This document shows positions 26,833-35,235 of a DNA stretch of 64,000 nucleotides, piece by piece (position 1 is the stretch's first letter; each line of letters starts with the position of its first letter). Both the position numbers and the translations under genes were made by a program. The DNA comes from an uncultured Pseudomonadales bacterium. GTDB lineage: Bacteria > Patescibacteriota > Microgenomatia > UBA1400 > PJMF01. The stretch spans positions 4,935 to 68,934 of the forward strand of contig CAYPPX010000002.1 of NCBI GenBank assembly GCA_964412775.1, written 5' to 3'. The notes under the pieces are model-generated. The model was given only the letters and a program-made list of their open reading frames with translations. It searched no databases and had not been told where the DNA came from.

Positions 26833-27297
26833 ATGCACCTGACTTTTTCTTTTGCCAAAAAAACTGATCAAGACCAACTAATTGAGTTGTTAAATTCAAG
26901 AAACGAAGAATCAAGACTAGTTCACCCAGAGAAACCAGCCTTGGATTTAGTTGCCTCTAGAGATATTTTTTTGAAAATTCTAGTGGAACCTAATGTCAAA
27001 ATTATTTTGGGTAAAATTAGCGAGCAAATTGTTGCCACTGTGACTTTACTTTACTTACCCAGAGTTCGGGCTGGTGGTTATGTAGTAATTTTAGAAGATG
27101 TTTTAGTCAAAAAAGAACTTCGTGGCCAAGGATTTGGCAGTGAATTAATGAAGTTTGCCATCGACCACTGTAAAAGTGATAACCGAGTTAAAAAAATTAA
27201 GCTTGGGACCAGAAAAGATGCTACGCAAGTTCACCAATTTTATGAGAAACTAGGTTTTAGTTACCAAGAAAACCTAATGCAATTAAGTCTCGGATAA
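26833..27297 (+). CDS. GNAT-family N-acetyltransferase
   Basis: RGQGFGSELMKFAIDHC...VHQFYEKLGF is the canonical GNAT motif A/B region. Confidence 0.65.
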   Translation: MHLTFSFAKKTDQDQLIELLNSRNEESRLVHPEKPALDLVASRDIFLKILVEPNVKIILGKISEQIVATVTLLYLPRVRAGGYVVILEDVLVKKELRGQGFGSELMKFAIDHCKSDNRVKKIKLGTRKDATQVHQFYEKLGFSYQENLMQLSLG

Positions 27298-27370
27298 TAA
27301 AAATTTATATAAAAAACCTAAAATTGCTTTAATGTAGAAATTTAGTTTTTTACATATATAATTTCTGTCA

Positions 27371-28069
27371 ATGTCTATTGAGTTTGATGGTCAAAAAGTT
27401 TCTGCGATCGTTTTGGATTTCAATGGTACTTTTTACCTTACAGATAAAGAGTTTCAAAAAACAGTTTGGAAAGATGCTAGATTGAGACTAGTACAAAAAA
27501 CTTTTGAGTTAGAAGGCAAAACTAGTGTTAATGGCATGGTTTTTGGGTCTAGGTTAGAAGATTTTGTTCAAGAAGCAATTAAAGAAGGTTGGCGAGTTAC
27601 TTTTAAAAAGTATGGTGGCACTGATGCGGAATTTGATGAAATTATTAATGATGTTAATTTGGCCGAATACTTACAATTTGATCAGGAACTGGCTGAGTTT
27701 ATTGCTGAACTAATGAAGCATATCCCAGTTTATTTATTTTCTTCTTCAGAAATGGAAAGAGTTTTTGGTGCTTTGGAAGCAGTGATTGGTGAATTAGCTA
27801 AACAGCTAGAAAACCAGATTTTATCTGGTGACAAAATGGAACGGGCCAGAAAACCTCAGCCTGAAGCTTTCCAAGAAATGATTGAAAAATTAGGTGTTAA
27901 CCCACAAGAAACTATTTATGTAGACAATAGTTGGAAAGAGGCTGATGTAGCAGCAGAGCTTGGTTTTATAACTTTTTTAGTCGCGCCTAAGGTGGGTAGT
28001 AGCACTATGAATAGTCATGTAGTTCTAAATCGATTGGCTCAGTTGAAAGACCACATAGTTTTTAAATGA
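27371..28069 (+). CDS. HAD-like hydrolase with variant motif I (DFNGT)
   Basis: N-terminal VLDFNGT (second Asp replaced by Asn) and C-terminal IYVDNSWKEADVAAELGF resemble HAD motifs I and IV. Confidence 0.35.
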   Translation: MSIEFDGQKVSAIVLDFNGTFYLTDKEFQKTVWKDARLRLVQKTFELEGKTSVNGMVFGSRLEDFVQEAIKEGWRVTFKKYGGTDAEFDEIINDVNLAEYLQFDQELAEFIAELMKHIPVYLFSSSEMERVFGALEAVIGELAKQLENQILSGDKMERARKPQPEAFQEMIEKLGVNPQETIYVDNSWKEADVAAELGFITFLVAPKVGSSTMNSHVVLNRLAQLKDHIVFK

Positions 28070-28077
28070 AAACTTAG

Positions 28078-28746
28078 GTGGGGGTGTTGTTAAGGGAAAT
28101 TAGTAAAATTTATAATAAAAGATTAACTATGATTAGCAATTTACAAAAAACCATTAATTGGTACGACAGTCATGCTGAAGAATACTCTAAAAAAATTAAA
28201 GCTAAGTCACCGATTAGTGAGATAGAAAAATTTGTTGAATATTTGCCTAAGGGGGCTTTAGTTTTGGATGCTGGTTGTGCGGCTGGTAGGGATAGTGAAC
28301 ATCTACATGATTTTGGCTTGTCTACAATTGGGATAGATCTATCTTCAAAGCTAATCAAGATAGCCAAAGCAAACTATCCACAGTTAGAGTTTATTGAAGG
28401 TGATTTGTTGTCATTGCCATTTACAGATAACAAATTTACTGGTGTTTGGGCCAGTGCATCTTTGGTACATCTGGAGAATGAGAAACAATTAAAAAAAGCC
28501 TTACTTGAATTAAAGAGGGTGCTAAAAGATGAGGGGGTTTTGTATCTAAGCATGCAGAATAGAGGTGATCAACCATCTGGTTGGGTAGATGATTATCACT
28601 CTAGAGAAGGTCGGTTTTTTCAATTTATTAGTTTTGAAGATTTAACCAAACTAGTAAAAGCTGAAGGCTTTGAGATTTTGAGTTCTTTTAAACGGGAGTC
28701 ATCACGCCCAGAGATAGAGTGGTCAGTTTTTTATTTAAAGAAGTAA
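28078..28746 (+). CDS. class I SAM-dependent methyltransferase
   Basis: VLDAGCAAGRD (motif I) and subsequent acidic/hydrophobic motifs typical of Methyltransf_11/25. Confidence 0.7.
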   Translation: MGVLLREISKIYNKRLTMISNLQKTINWYDSHAEEYSKKIKAKSPISEIEKFVEYLPKGALVLDAGCAAGRDSEHLHDFGLSTIGIDLSSKLIKIAKANYPQLEFIEGDLLSLPFTDNKFTGVWASASLVHLENEKQLKKALLELKRVLKDEGVLYLSMQNRGDQPSGWVDDYHSREGRFFQFISFEDLTKLVKAEGFEILSSFKRESSRPEIEWSVFYLKK

Positions 28747-28874
28747 ACATTTATAGAAAGTTTACTAGGTAAGTCATGTGGGTTACCTATGATTTGCTTA
28801 CTAACCAACTAGATAATCCAAGTATTTTGATATAATAAATTAGTTTTTGATATGTATAGATAAGGGCAGAATCT

Positions 28875-29417
28875 ATGACAGAATTATTTTCCAGTGCAAG
28901 GCGAAGAGCTTTGGCAGTTTTACATGAAGAAGTAGCAATGAGTGCTGCTGATGAGTTAGCTAGTATTTTTCCTGAGGGTGGTGCCAATCTTAATCCAGAG
29001 CAAAAACAAGAAGTTGTTGCTAAGGTTTTTGAAAAAATTAAGGAAGAACTTGAACCACTAATTGCAGAATTTAGAGCTAATGACTGGGAAGTGGAGTTTG
29101 ATTTCAATGAGGAAGATAGTACCTTGACTGCTATATTTTCTGATACAGCTGATGAAGTTTTTTACATTAATTACTATGTTGGTCCTCATAATGGGAATAA
29201 AAAAGATGGCATTGTTGTTGAAGATTTGTCTTTTGCTGTTGGTGACCAAAAATTTAGTGTTTCCATTGATAGTGAAGAGAGTTCTGATTTCAGAGGGATT
29301 GGTAGTTATAAGGGGGTAGCAGAGGTAACCAAGCGCATTTGTGGTGAATATTTAGAAAGATTTTTTATTAAGACTTTAGCACCAGGTTTAATTGAGCAAG
29401 ACGAAGAGGTAGTCTAA
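28875..29417 (+). CDS. hypothetical acidic protein (180 aa)
   Basis: ORF; no family recognised. Confidence 0.4.
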   Translation: MTELFSSARRRALAVLHEEVAMSAADELASIFPEGGANLNPEQKQEVVAKVFEKIKEELEPLIAEFRANDWEVEFDFNEEDSTLTAIFSDTADEVFYINYYVGPHNGNKKDGIVVEDLSFAVGDQKFSVSIDSEESSDFRGIGSYKGVAEVTKRICGEYLERFFIKTLAPGLIEQDEEVV

Positions 29418-29579
29418 ATGGTTGAGCGATATCCATCATTTTATTATCGCTTAGAGTTTAGTAATCAAGGGAATAAGAAAAAACCCAGAGAAAAAATTAG
29501 GGGTACTCAAAATAGGCAGAAAAAAGAAAAAACTCAGCCGAAAAAAATTATTAGAAATCCTTTTATTAGAAAAAGGTAG
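29418..29579 (+). CDS. possible small highly basic protein (53 aa), not in ORF track
   Basis: ATG overlaps the upstream stop (TAAATG). Translates to MVERYPSFYYRLEFSNQGNKKKPREKIRGTQNRQKKEKTQPKKIIRNPFIRKR; below the 60-aa ORF cutoff. Confidence 0.25.
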   Translation: MVERYPSFYYRLEFSNQGNKKKPREKIRGTQNRQKKEKTQPKKIIRNPFIRKR

Positions 29580-29647
29580 GATTGTTCTCCTGATTAGTTA
29601 TTTGTTATCATGGAGCTAGTAGTTCTTTTATTCAGGGATAACTTTTA

Positions 29648-30973
29648 ATGTCTGAAAATACTTCTCCAGATTTAATAATGCAACAGCCATCTTCATCTGT
29701 TCAGCCGACTGTAACAACAACCACGCCTATTGCTCAACAAAATGATAATTCAAGCCCAACCTATTCTGGTAATCCACTTTTTAGTAAAGCCAAAAACCTA
29801 AAGGTAATTTTGGGTGGTTTAGTCGGGTTGATTTTAGTGGTAACTGGTGGCTACTGGATTTATGCCAATTACTTTATGTCTCCATTAGGTTTATTAAAAG
29901 AAGCAGTTGAAAAAATGGAGGTTGACTCAATTAAACTTGGTTTTGATGCTCAAGCTGAAGACGTGACTGTTGCTGGAACGATTATTGCTCACGAGAAAGG
30001 TTTTTCTCAGGCAGATTTTACGATTGGTTTAGTGGAAGAGGGGGTACAACATGACTTTGATCTAAGTTTTATTGCCGATACCAAAGATGTTTATTTCCAG
30101 ATGAACTATAACTACATGCAACTACTGTTATCTCAGGCAGATCTCATGGTTCCTGGAATTGGTGCCACTCAGACTTTTGCATTGCTTCAACCAGTTGTTA
30201 CTGGTCAATCTTGGTTGCACATGATGATTCCAGAAGAAGAACAACTAGCTACTGATTCAGATGAATATTTAGCAGAGTATGAACAGTTTGGTGAAAAATT
30301 AGCCGAGGCTTTGGTAGTTAAAGATTTTTCTAGAAATACTGAATATCAAGGTAAGAAATATGACATTATTTCTCTTGGTGTAGATAAAGAAAAACTATTG
30401 GTAGCAATTGATGCTCTTAAAGATTTGGACCTTAGTACTGAAGTATCTGAGATTAACAACTTTAAGAAAGCAATTGAAGACATGGGTGAACTAAAAGAGA
30501 CCTTAGTGGTTGTTTACCTTGATGCTGATGGTTATATCAGAATGGTTGATCTATATGCCCCTCAAGGAGCTAGTGAGTCAATCCAAGATGCTATTGAACA
30601 ACAGGCAGAAACAAAGTCACCATTGATGGCTCAGTTTTCACAAGTTACTGCCGTTTTTCAGCCTGACAAAGGTGTTAAAGAAGGTGAGTCAGTTAAGTTT
30701 ATGACTATGACCTTTGATGACTACGGTTCTGCGGAAACAGTTATAGAGCCTACCAAGACTGTAGAATGGGAGGAAGTGATGTTGCATGCCCAATCAGAGT
30801 TTGCGCCAATTTTTTATCAATACATGATGATGCAACAAGCCCAACCAGGAATGAACCAAGGTGGTTATCCTGTTCAAGAGTCGGTTTATCCAGGACAAAC
30901 CTATCCTGCTGGAGTGTTACCAAACAGTAGTGACGGTATGCCAATTAATTTTATGCAAATGCTAAACCAATAA
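29648..30973 (+). CDS. single-pass membrane-anchored protein with Q/P/Y-rich C-terminus, function unknown
   Basis: Thr/Ser-rich N-terminus, one TM (ILGGLVGLILVVTGGYWIY), large extracytoplasmic domain, low-complexity C-terminus. Confidence 0.45.
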   Translation: MSENTSPDLIMQQPSSSVQPTVTTTTPIAQQNDNSSPTYSGNPLFSKAKNLKVILGGLVGLILVVTGGYWIYANYFMSPLGLLKEAVEKMEVDSIKLGFDAQAEDVTVAGTIIAHEKGFSQADFTIGLVEEGVQHDFDLSFIADTKDVYFQMNYNYMQLLLSQADLMVPGIGATQTFALLQPVVTGQSWLHMMIPEEEQLATDSDEYLAEYEQFGEKLAEALVVKDFSRNTEYQGKKYDIISLGVDKEKLLVAIDALKDLDLSTEVSEINNFKKAIEDMGELKETLVVVYLDADGYIRMVDLYAPQGASESIQDAIEQQAETKSPLMAQFSQVTAVFQPDKGVKEGESVKFMTMTFDDYGSAETVIEPTKTVEWEEVMLHAQSEFAPIFYQYMMMQQAQPGMNQGGYPVQESVYPGQTYPAGVLPNSSDGMPINFMQMLNQ

Positions 30974-30983
30974 AAGTATTTAC

Positions 30984-31706
30984 CTAAGTAAATAAATTAA
31001 AGCCCTCATTAACTTGAGGGCTTTTTGGGTTGGTTCGTAGTTTGTAGCCTACACCACAAATAGTTTTGATCGGGTTAAAACCACAAGTTTTAGCCAGTTT
31101 TTTTCTTAGTTTGCAAATGTAAGCTTCCAAAGAGTTAGAGTTGGGAATTAAGTCAGTTGACCACGCAACTGTGTAAATTTGTTCTCTAGTAACAGTATGA
31201 TTTTTACTTTGAATCAGGCAACCTAAAATTTGCATCTCTTTTTTATTCAATTTTAGTTCTTTTCCTTGATAAAAAGCTATTTTTGATTTAAAGCAAAAAT
31301 GAAAATCTTGCTTAAAGTGATGGTTTTTTGTCCAAGTTTCATTCGTTGTTTTTTCGGAAAAACTAATAAGTTTAAGGACTAACTCATCACCACAAATTTT
31401 ACCCGAAAAACATTCTTTAATACCCATTTTTAATAGCCGAACCCTTTCTGTTGATGAAGTTTTATTAATAAACAAAATAATTGGGTTATCTAGTTGGTTG
31501 GTAAGCAAAAAATAGAGATATTTTTTCAGTTTAAGCGATGTTTTTTGCAGTCTAATCAAAATTAGTTTTTCCGATCTACCTAAACAATTAATATTTTCGC
31601 TGGAAAAAGATAAAAAATCACAGTCAAAGTGTTGATTGAGTTTATTTGCTAAGCTTGGAGCAAGTTGCTGGTCACTAAGCACACAGATTTTCACACAGAA
31701 AATCAA
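30984..31706 (-). CDS. OmpR/PhoB-family winged-helix regulator with degenerate receiver domain
   Basis: C-terminal trans_reg_C pattern (TREQIYTVAWS...LRKKLAK...ICGVGYKL). N-terminal receiver-like region lacks the conserved phospho-acceptor Asp context. Confidence 0.55.
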   Translation of the reverse strand: MIFCVKICVLSDQQLAPSLANKLNQHFDCDFLSFSSENINCLGRSEKLILIRLQKTSLKLKKYLYFLLTNQLDNPIILFINKTSSTERVRLLKMGIKECFSGKICGDELVLKLISFSEKTTNETWTKNHHFKQDFHFCFKSKIAFYQGKELKLNKKEMQILGCLIQSKNHTVTREQIYTVAWSTDLIPNSNSLEAYICKLRKKLAKTCGFNPIKTICGVGYKLRTNPKSPQVNEGFNLFT

Positions 31707-31765
31707 AAACTTTTTAACTAGTTCTCACGATGAAGTTTGTTTACTCATTGAGAGTTGAAAGTCAT

Positions 31766-32383
31766 TTAGATTAGCCAGTTTAAAACAATGTTAATAATGG
31801 GTGAGAGTAGTTGAGAAGCAGGTGAAACTCCACCAAAAGGTAAGATCATAAATAACAAGATGAAGGTACCATATTTGGTCATTACACTTTCATATTCTAA
31901 AGCTGTAGATTTTGGCAACAGAGCCAATAAGATCTTGCCACCATCTAGAGGATGAATGGGTAACAAGTTAAAAATAGCCAACATCACATTGATTGCCAAA
32001 ATTTGGAATAAAGCTAGTTGCAACCAAAGAAATGGCACTAGACCTAGTTTTAAAAGCAAAGAAAGAATTACTGCAATAATCAAGTTTATCAATGGACCTG
32101 CCGCCGCAATCAAGGCAGCGTCACGCACTGGTTCTTTGAGATTATATGGATCATAAGGAGCTGGTTTACCCCAGCCAAATTTAGTAAACAGGATGGCAAT
32201 TACTCCTAGTGGATCTAAGTGAGCTCGTGGATCTAGAGTGAGTCTTCCTCTAGCTCTTGGGGTTGGATCGCCAAGTTTGTCAGTTACCCAGCAATGGGCA
32301 AACTCATGAATGGTAATGGACATTAACAGACCACCAAAAATAATAATAAAGGCTAGGGGAGAACTAAATAAGATTTCTATCAT
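31766..32383 (-). CDS. site-2 protease (peptidase M50) family membrane metalloprotease
   Basis: HEFAHCW (HExxH within a TM) and downstream LPIHPLDGGKIL (LDG motif). Confidence 0.65.
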   Translation of the reverse strand: MIEILFSSPLAFIIIFGGLLMSITIHEFAHCWVTDKLGDPTPRARGRLTLDPRAHLDPLGVIAILFTKFGWGKPAPYDPYNLKEPVRDAALIAAAGPLINLIIAVILSLLLKLGLVPFLWLQLALFQILAINVMLAIFNLLPIHPLDGGKILLALLPKSTALEYESVMTKYGTFILLFMILPFGGVSPASQLLSPIINIVLNWLI

Positions 32384-32520
32384 AGTAGCTAACTATTTTA
32401 CCAAACAATTTTGAGAATGCTTTTAAAATTGGTCTTATTAGTCATAAAACTCAACTGTTGATAGCACTAAAACCCGTATTTGTTCATTTGCTTAATAAGT
32501 GTTATAATCCTCCTCTGGCT

Positions 32521-32742
32521 ATGAAAAGATTTTCGTTCAAATTCCCAAGAGTGTCTCACATCGGTCACTCTGTATCACACGCTAAAAATAGAAAGAAGCG
32601 TGGATTTAAGTATAACTTACACACTGTAACTATCGAAGTTGGTGGCGAGAAGAAACGTTTTCGCGTCCCTACCAAAATGTTGCGGATGCTCAAAAAGTCT
32701 GGAGTAACTACTCACTTCAAAAAAGCAGTTGCTACAGAATAA
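32521..32742 (+). CDS. rpmB: 50S ribosomal protein L28
   Basis: RVSHIGHSVSHAKNRKKRGFKYNLH...GEKKRFRVPTKMLRMLKK follows the L28 pattern. ORF track starts at 32458, but the internal ATG at 32521 gives the expected length. Start uncertain. Confidence 0.6.
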   Translation: MKRFSFKFPRVSHIGHSVSHAKNRKKRGFKYNLHTVTIEVGGEKKRFRVPTKMLRMLKKSGVTTHFKKAVATE

Positions 32743-32821
32743 TTGAGTTAATTCATTGACTTTAGAAGCCACCTTTATTAGGTGGCTTTTTTGTCCCATA
32801 ATTAAAATTTTTATAGTTATT

Positions 32822-32889
32822 TGTTATAATACCACTTCTGCCATCAAGAACAGCGCGTTCTTAATCTATGGCAGGAAAAGGAGGTAACT
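32822..32889 (+). promoter_or_regulatory. extended -10 promoter plus nested-palindrome 5'-UTR hairpin upstream of a small zinc-ribbon gene
   Basis: TGTTATAAT at 32822-32830, then CTGCCAT-C-AAGAAC-AGCGC-GTTCTT-AATCT-ATGGCAG (32838-32874), then SD AAAGGAGG. Confidence 0.35.
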
Positions 32890-33072
32890 ATGACTGAGGT
32901 CTTAGAGTTACCAGCCACTGCAAAGGTTGGCGATAAGTGCCCTCATTGTAATGGACAGCTACGGTTGAGAAAAATATCACCCAGAGTATATCTGGAGTGT
33001 GACCAAAGCCCACTTCATTACCGACTTGCAAATGCCGAAGAAAAGGCTAGTTTGCAAAAAGGGCAAAGTTAA
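32890..33072 (+). CDS. small zinc-ribbon protein (60 aa)
   Basis: CPHC...C..H cysteine/histidine pattern; strong SD; no family recognised. Confidence 0.45.
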   Translation: MTEVLELPATAKVGDKCPHCNGQLRLRKISPRVYLECDQSPLHYRLANAEEKASLQKGQS

Positions 33073-33091
33073 CCTGCAACAGTACGATCAA

Positions 33092-33127
33092 ACAGGCTCT
33101 TTCATGGGCCTGTTTTTCTTTTTTTAG
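33092..33127. terminator. bidirectional intrinsic terminator
   Basis: ACAGGCT-(8 nt)-GGCCTGT hairpin followed by TTTTTCTTTTTTT; between the convergent small gene and fmt. Confidence 0.5.
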
Positions 33128-33142
33128 TTAAAGACAGTGAAA

Positions 33143-34027
33143 TTAAATTAGTTGGTTTTTAACTTCTTGCCAGTTAGTAGGATTTTTACCTTCCAACTGA
33201 ACTTGGTTTAGCATGAGTTTGTTGTTGATCAAAGAGCACTTATGAATAATCATTCGCTTTTCGCCTTTAGCAGTTAATACTTTAGTCCAAAGCTTGGGCC
33301 AGGGGTTGTAAGCGCGACAAGCTCTCTCTAGCTCAACGGCTTGTTGTCCAGCTTGCAGGGCCAATTCTAGATCTTTCCAGGATACAAAAGCTTGGTCTTT
33401 ACTAATTTTATTAGCTAGTGGGGTCGGAGACTCAGCTGGTTGTGGTTGAGGAGTAATTTTGCCAATCATAAAGTCAGCCAAATAGTCAGTCAGTTTTTCA
33501 CAAATTAAGTCAAAGCTAAATTGGTAGTAATCAGCCTGATTCCAAGTAGGCTCGACCTTGAATGGTAATTGAGTAAGAATTGGTCCAGCATCCATCTGTT
33601 CAATAATTTGCATCAAAGTTACTGCTGATTCTGGTTCACCTTGCAATAAGACACTTTGTCCTGGTGAGCTGCCTCGCCACCGAGGAAGTAATGATGGGTG
33701 AATATTGAGCGGTGCTTTTTTAGGCCAAGTAAGTAGCCAGGTAGGTACCCAAAAACCAAAGTCTACGACCATGATTAGATCTGGTTTCTCTAAATTAGTT
33801 AACTTGGTTTTTACCTGTTGATCGATTTTTTGGTCCACCAAAGTAGTCGCAATCTTATTCTTCTCAGCAAAGTTAGCCAGTGGATTAGTAACCAGTTCTT
33901 GTTTTCGACCTACCTTTCTTGGTTGAGGGGTGATGATATGAGTAATTAAGAATCTTTTATCGGCCAAAATTGTTTCAGCCACCTGAGTGGTACGATGTGT
34001 TGAGCCAGCGACCCAAATTGTGTACAT
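33143..34027 (-). CDS. fmt: methionyl-tRNA formyltransferase
   Basis: Formyltransferase N-domain (HPSLLPRWRGSSP-like SLLPRWRGSSPGQ) and C-terminal domain; directly downstream of def. Confidence 0.85.
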   Translation of the reverse strand: MYTIWVAGSTHRTTQVAETILADKRFLITHIITPQPRKVGRKQELVTNPLANFAEKNKIATTLVDQKIDQQVKTKLTNLEKPDLIMVVDFGFWVPTWLLTWPKKAPLNIHPSLLPRWRGSSPGQSVLLQGEPESAVTLMQIIEQMDAGPILTQLPFKVEPTWNQADYYQFSFDLICEKLTDYLADFMIGKITPQPQPAESPTPLANKISKDQAFVSWKDLELALQAGQQAVELERACRAYNPWPKLWTKVLTAKGEKRMIIHKCSLINNKLMLNQVQLEGKNPTNWQEVKNQLI

Positions 34028-34029
34028 GA

Positions 34030-34587
34030 TTAGTAGAGCTCCAGTGCTCGTCTATCTTCAATCTCAACTAACTGCCTTTTCTTTTCAAGGTAAACAGGTA
34101 AATCATATTCAAGTGAGTAGTCAGTAAACAAAATTCCATCTAAGTGATCGATTTCATGTTGGATAACTCTGGCATGAAAACCTTGAAATTTCTTTTTATC
34201 AGCGACAAAAAGACCATTTTCTAGTTTTTCATACTCTAGTTCTACCCATTCCCAACGAGGGACAGGTCCATAAATTCCAGGCATCGACAAACAACCCTCC
34301 AATCTAGGATTTTCTGGATCTGGTCCAAAGGTGTGTTTATCACTATGTTTAACGATTATTGGATTAATGAATTCTTGTGGGTTTTGTTGGTTATCTTCAA
34401 TTAAAGTTAAAAAAACTCGATAAAGTTTGTCTACTTGGGGGGCAGCTAAGCCCACACCCCGAGGGTTAGAAGCATTCAACAAAGTCATTTTGAGATTGTC
34501 TAAAAACTGAGTAAATTCGCTAGTATTTTTTTCTACCCGATTTGCTTGTTCACGCAAAGTTGGGTGAGGAATAGTAATTATTTTCAT
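34030..34587 (-). CDS. def: peptide deformylase
   Basis: GVGLAAPQV, EGCLSMPG and QHEIDHLDG are the three canonical PDF motifs. Confidence 0.9.
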   Translation of the reverse strand: MKIITIPHPTLREQANRVEKNTSEFTQFLDNLKMTLLNASNPRGVGLAAPQVDKLYRVFLTLIEDNQQNPQEFINPIIVKHSDKHTFGPDPENPRLEGCLSMPGIYGPVPRWEWVELEYEKLENGLFVADKKKFQGFHARVIQHEIDHLDGILFTDYSLEYDLPVYLEKKRQLVEIEDRRALELY

Positions 34588-35235
34588 TTAAATTTGATAA
34601 CCAGCTAATTCTACCAGATAAGTGGCTATTTTTTTTGTTGGGATAGTCAAAATATCTTGGCTGGTGCGCTGTTGGAGCTGGTTCTCAATTTCTTTACCAG
34701 CTTGTTTGTTAGTTGTCAGCAATTTTTCATCAGCCCAAGCCCCACGATGTTGTTTATAGCGTTGGTGGATATCATCCAGTCTGTCGTTTAAAGAAGTGAT
34801 CCCAATTGGAGTAACCCTCAGATCAGCATATTCACAGATTTTTTCTTCCCAAGATTTATTGAGCGTGGCAGTAAGATTAGTAGCATCCATACTATTAATA
34901 AGCTCAAGTATTAATTGATTAGCTGTTACTTCTTGAGCCATTTTATAGGTGGCAAGATGAGCGTCTGGACCATATTTTTCAACCATTTTTCTTTGAATAA
35001 AATGCCATTCTTCACTATTCAAAACTGGGTCATAAATGGTGGCTCCTGGAGAAAGGTCAAATTTGATCAAGTTGCCTAAATCATGTATTAATAATGCAGC
35101 GACAGTCTCGTGAGTTTTGATTGGTTCACCGACCCAGTGGTCACAAATATATTTACCGACTCCAGCAACTGTGTACATGTGTTGTTGTAAGCCTGGTGGA
35201 ATCTGGAAATAATCGAAGATTTGTTGAGTGGTCAT
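34588..35235 (-). CDS. possible HD-domain phosphohydrolase
   Basis: H...HD pattern (TVAALLIHDLGN); weak. Confidence 0.35.
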   Translation of the reverse strand: MTTQQIFDYFQIPPGLQQHMYTVAGVGKYICDHWVGEPIKTHETVAALLIHDLGNLIKFDLSPGATIYDPVLNSEEWHFIQRKMVEKYGPDAHLATYKMAQEVTANQLILELINSMDATNLTATLNKSWEEKICEYADLRVTPIGITSLNDRLDDIHQRYKQHRGAWADEKLLTTNKQAGKEIENQLQQRTSQDILTIPTKKIATYLVELAGYQI

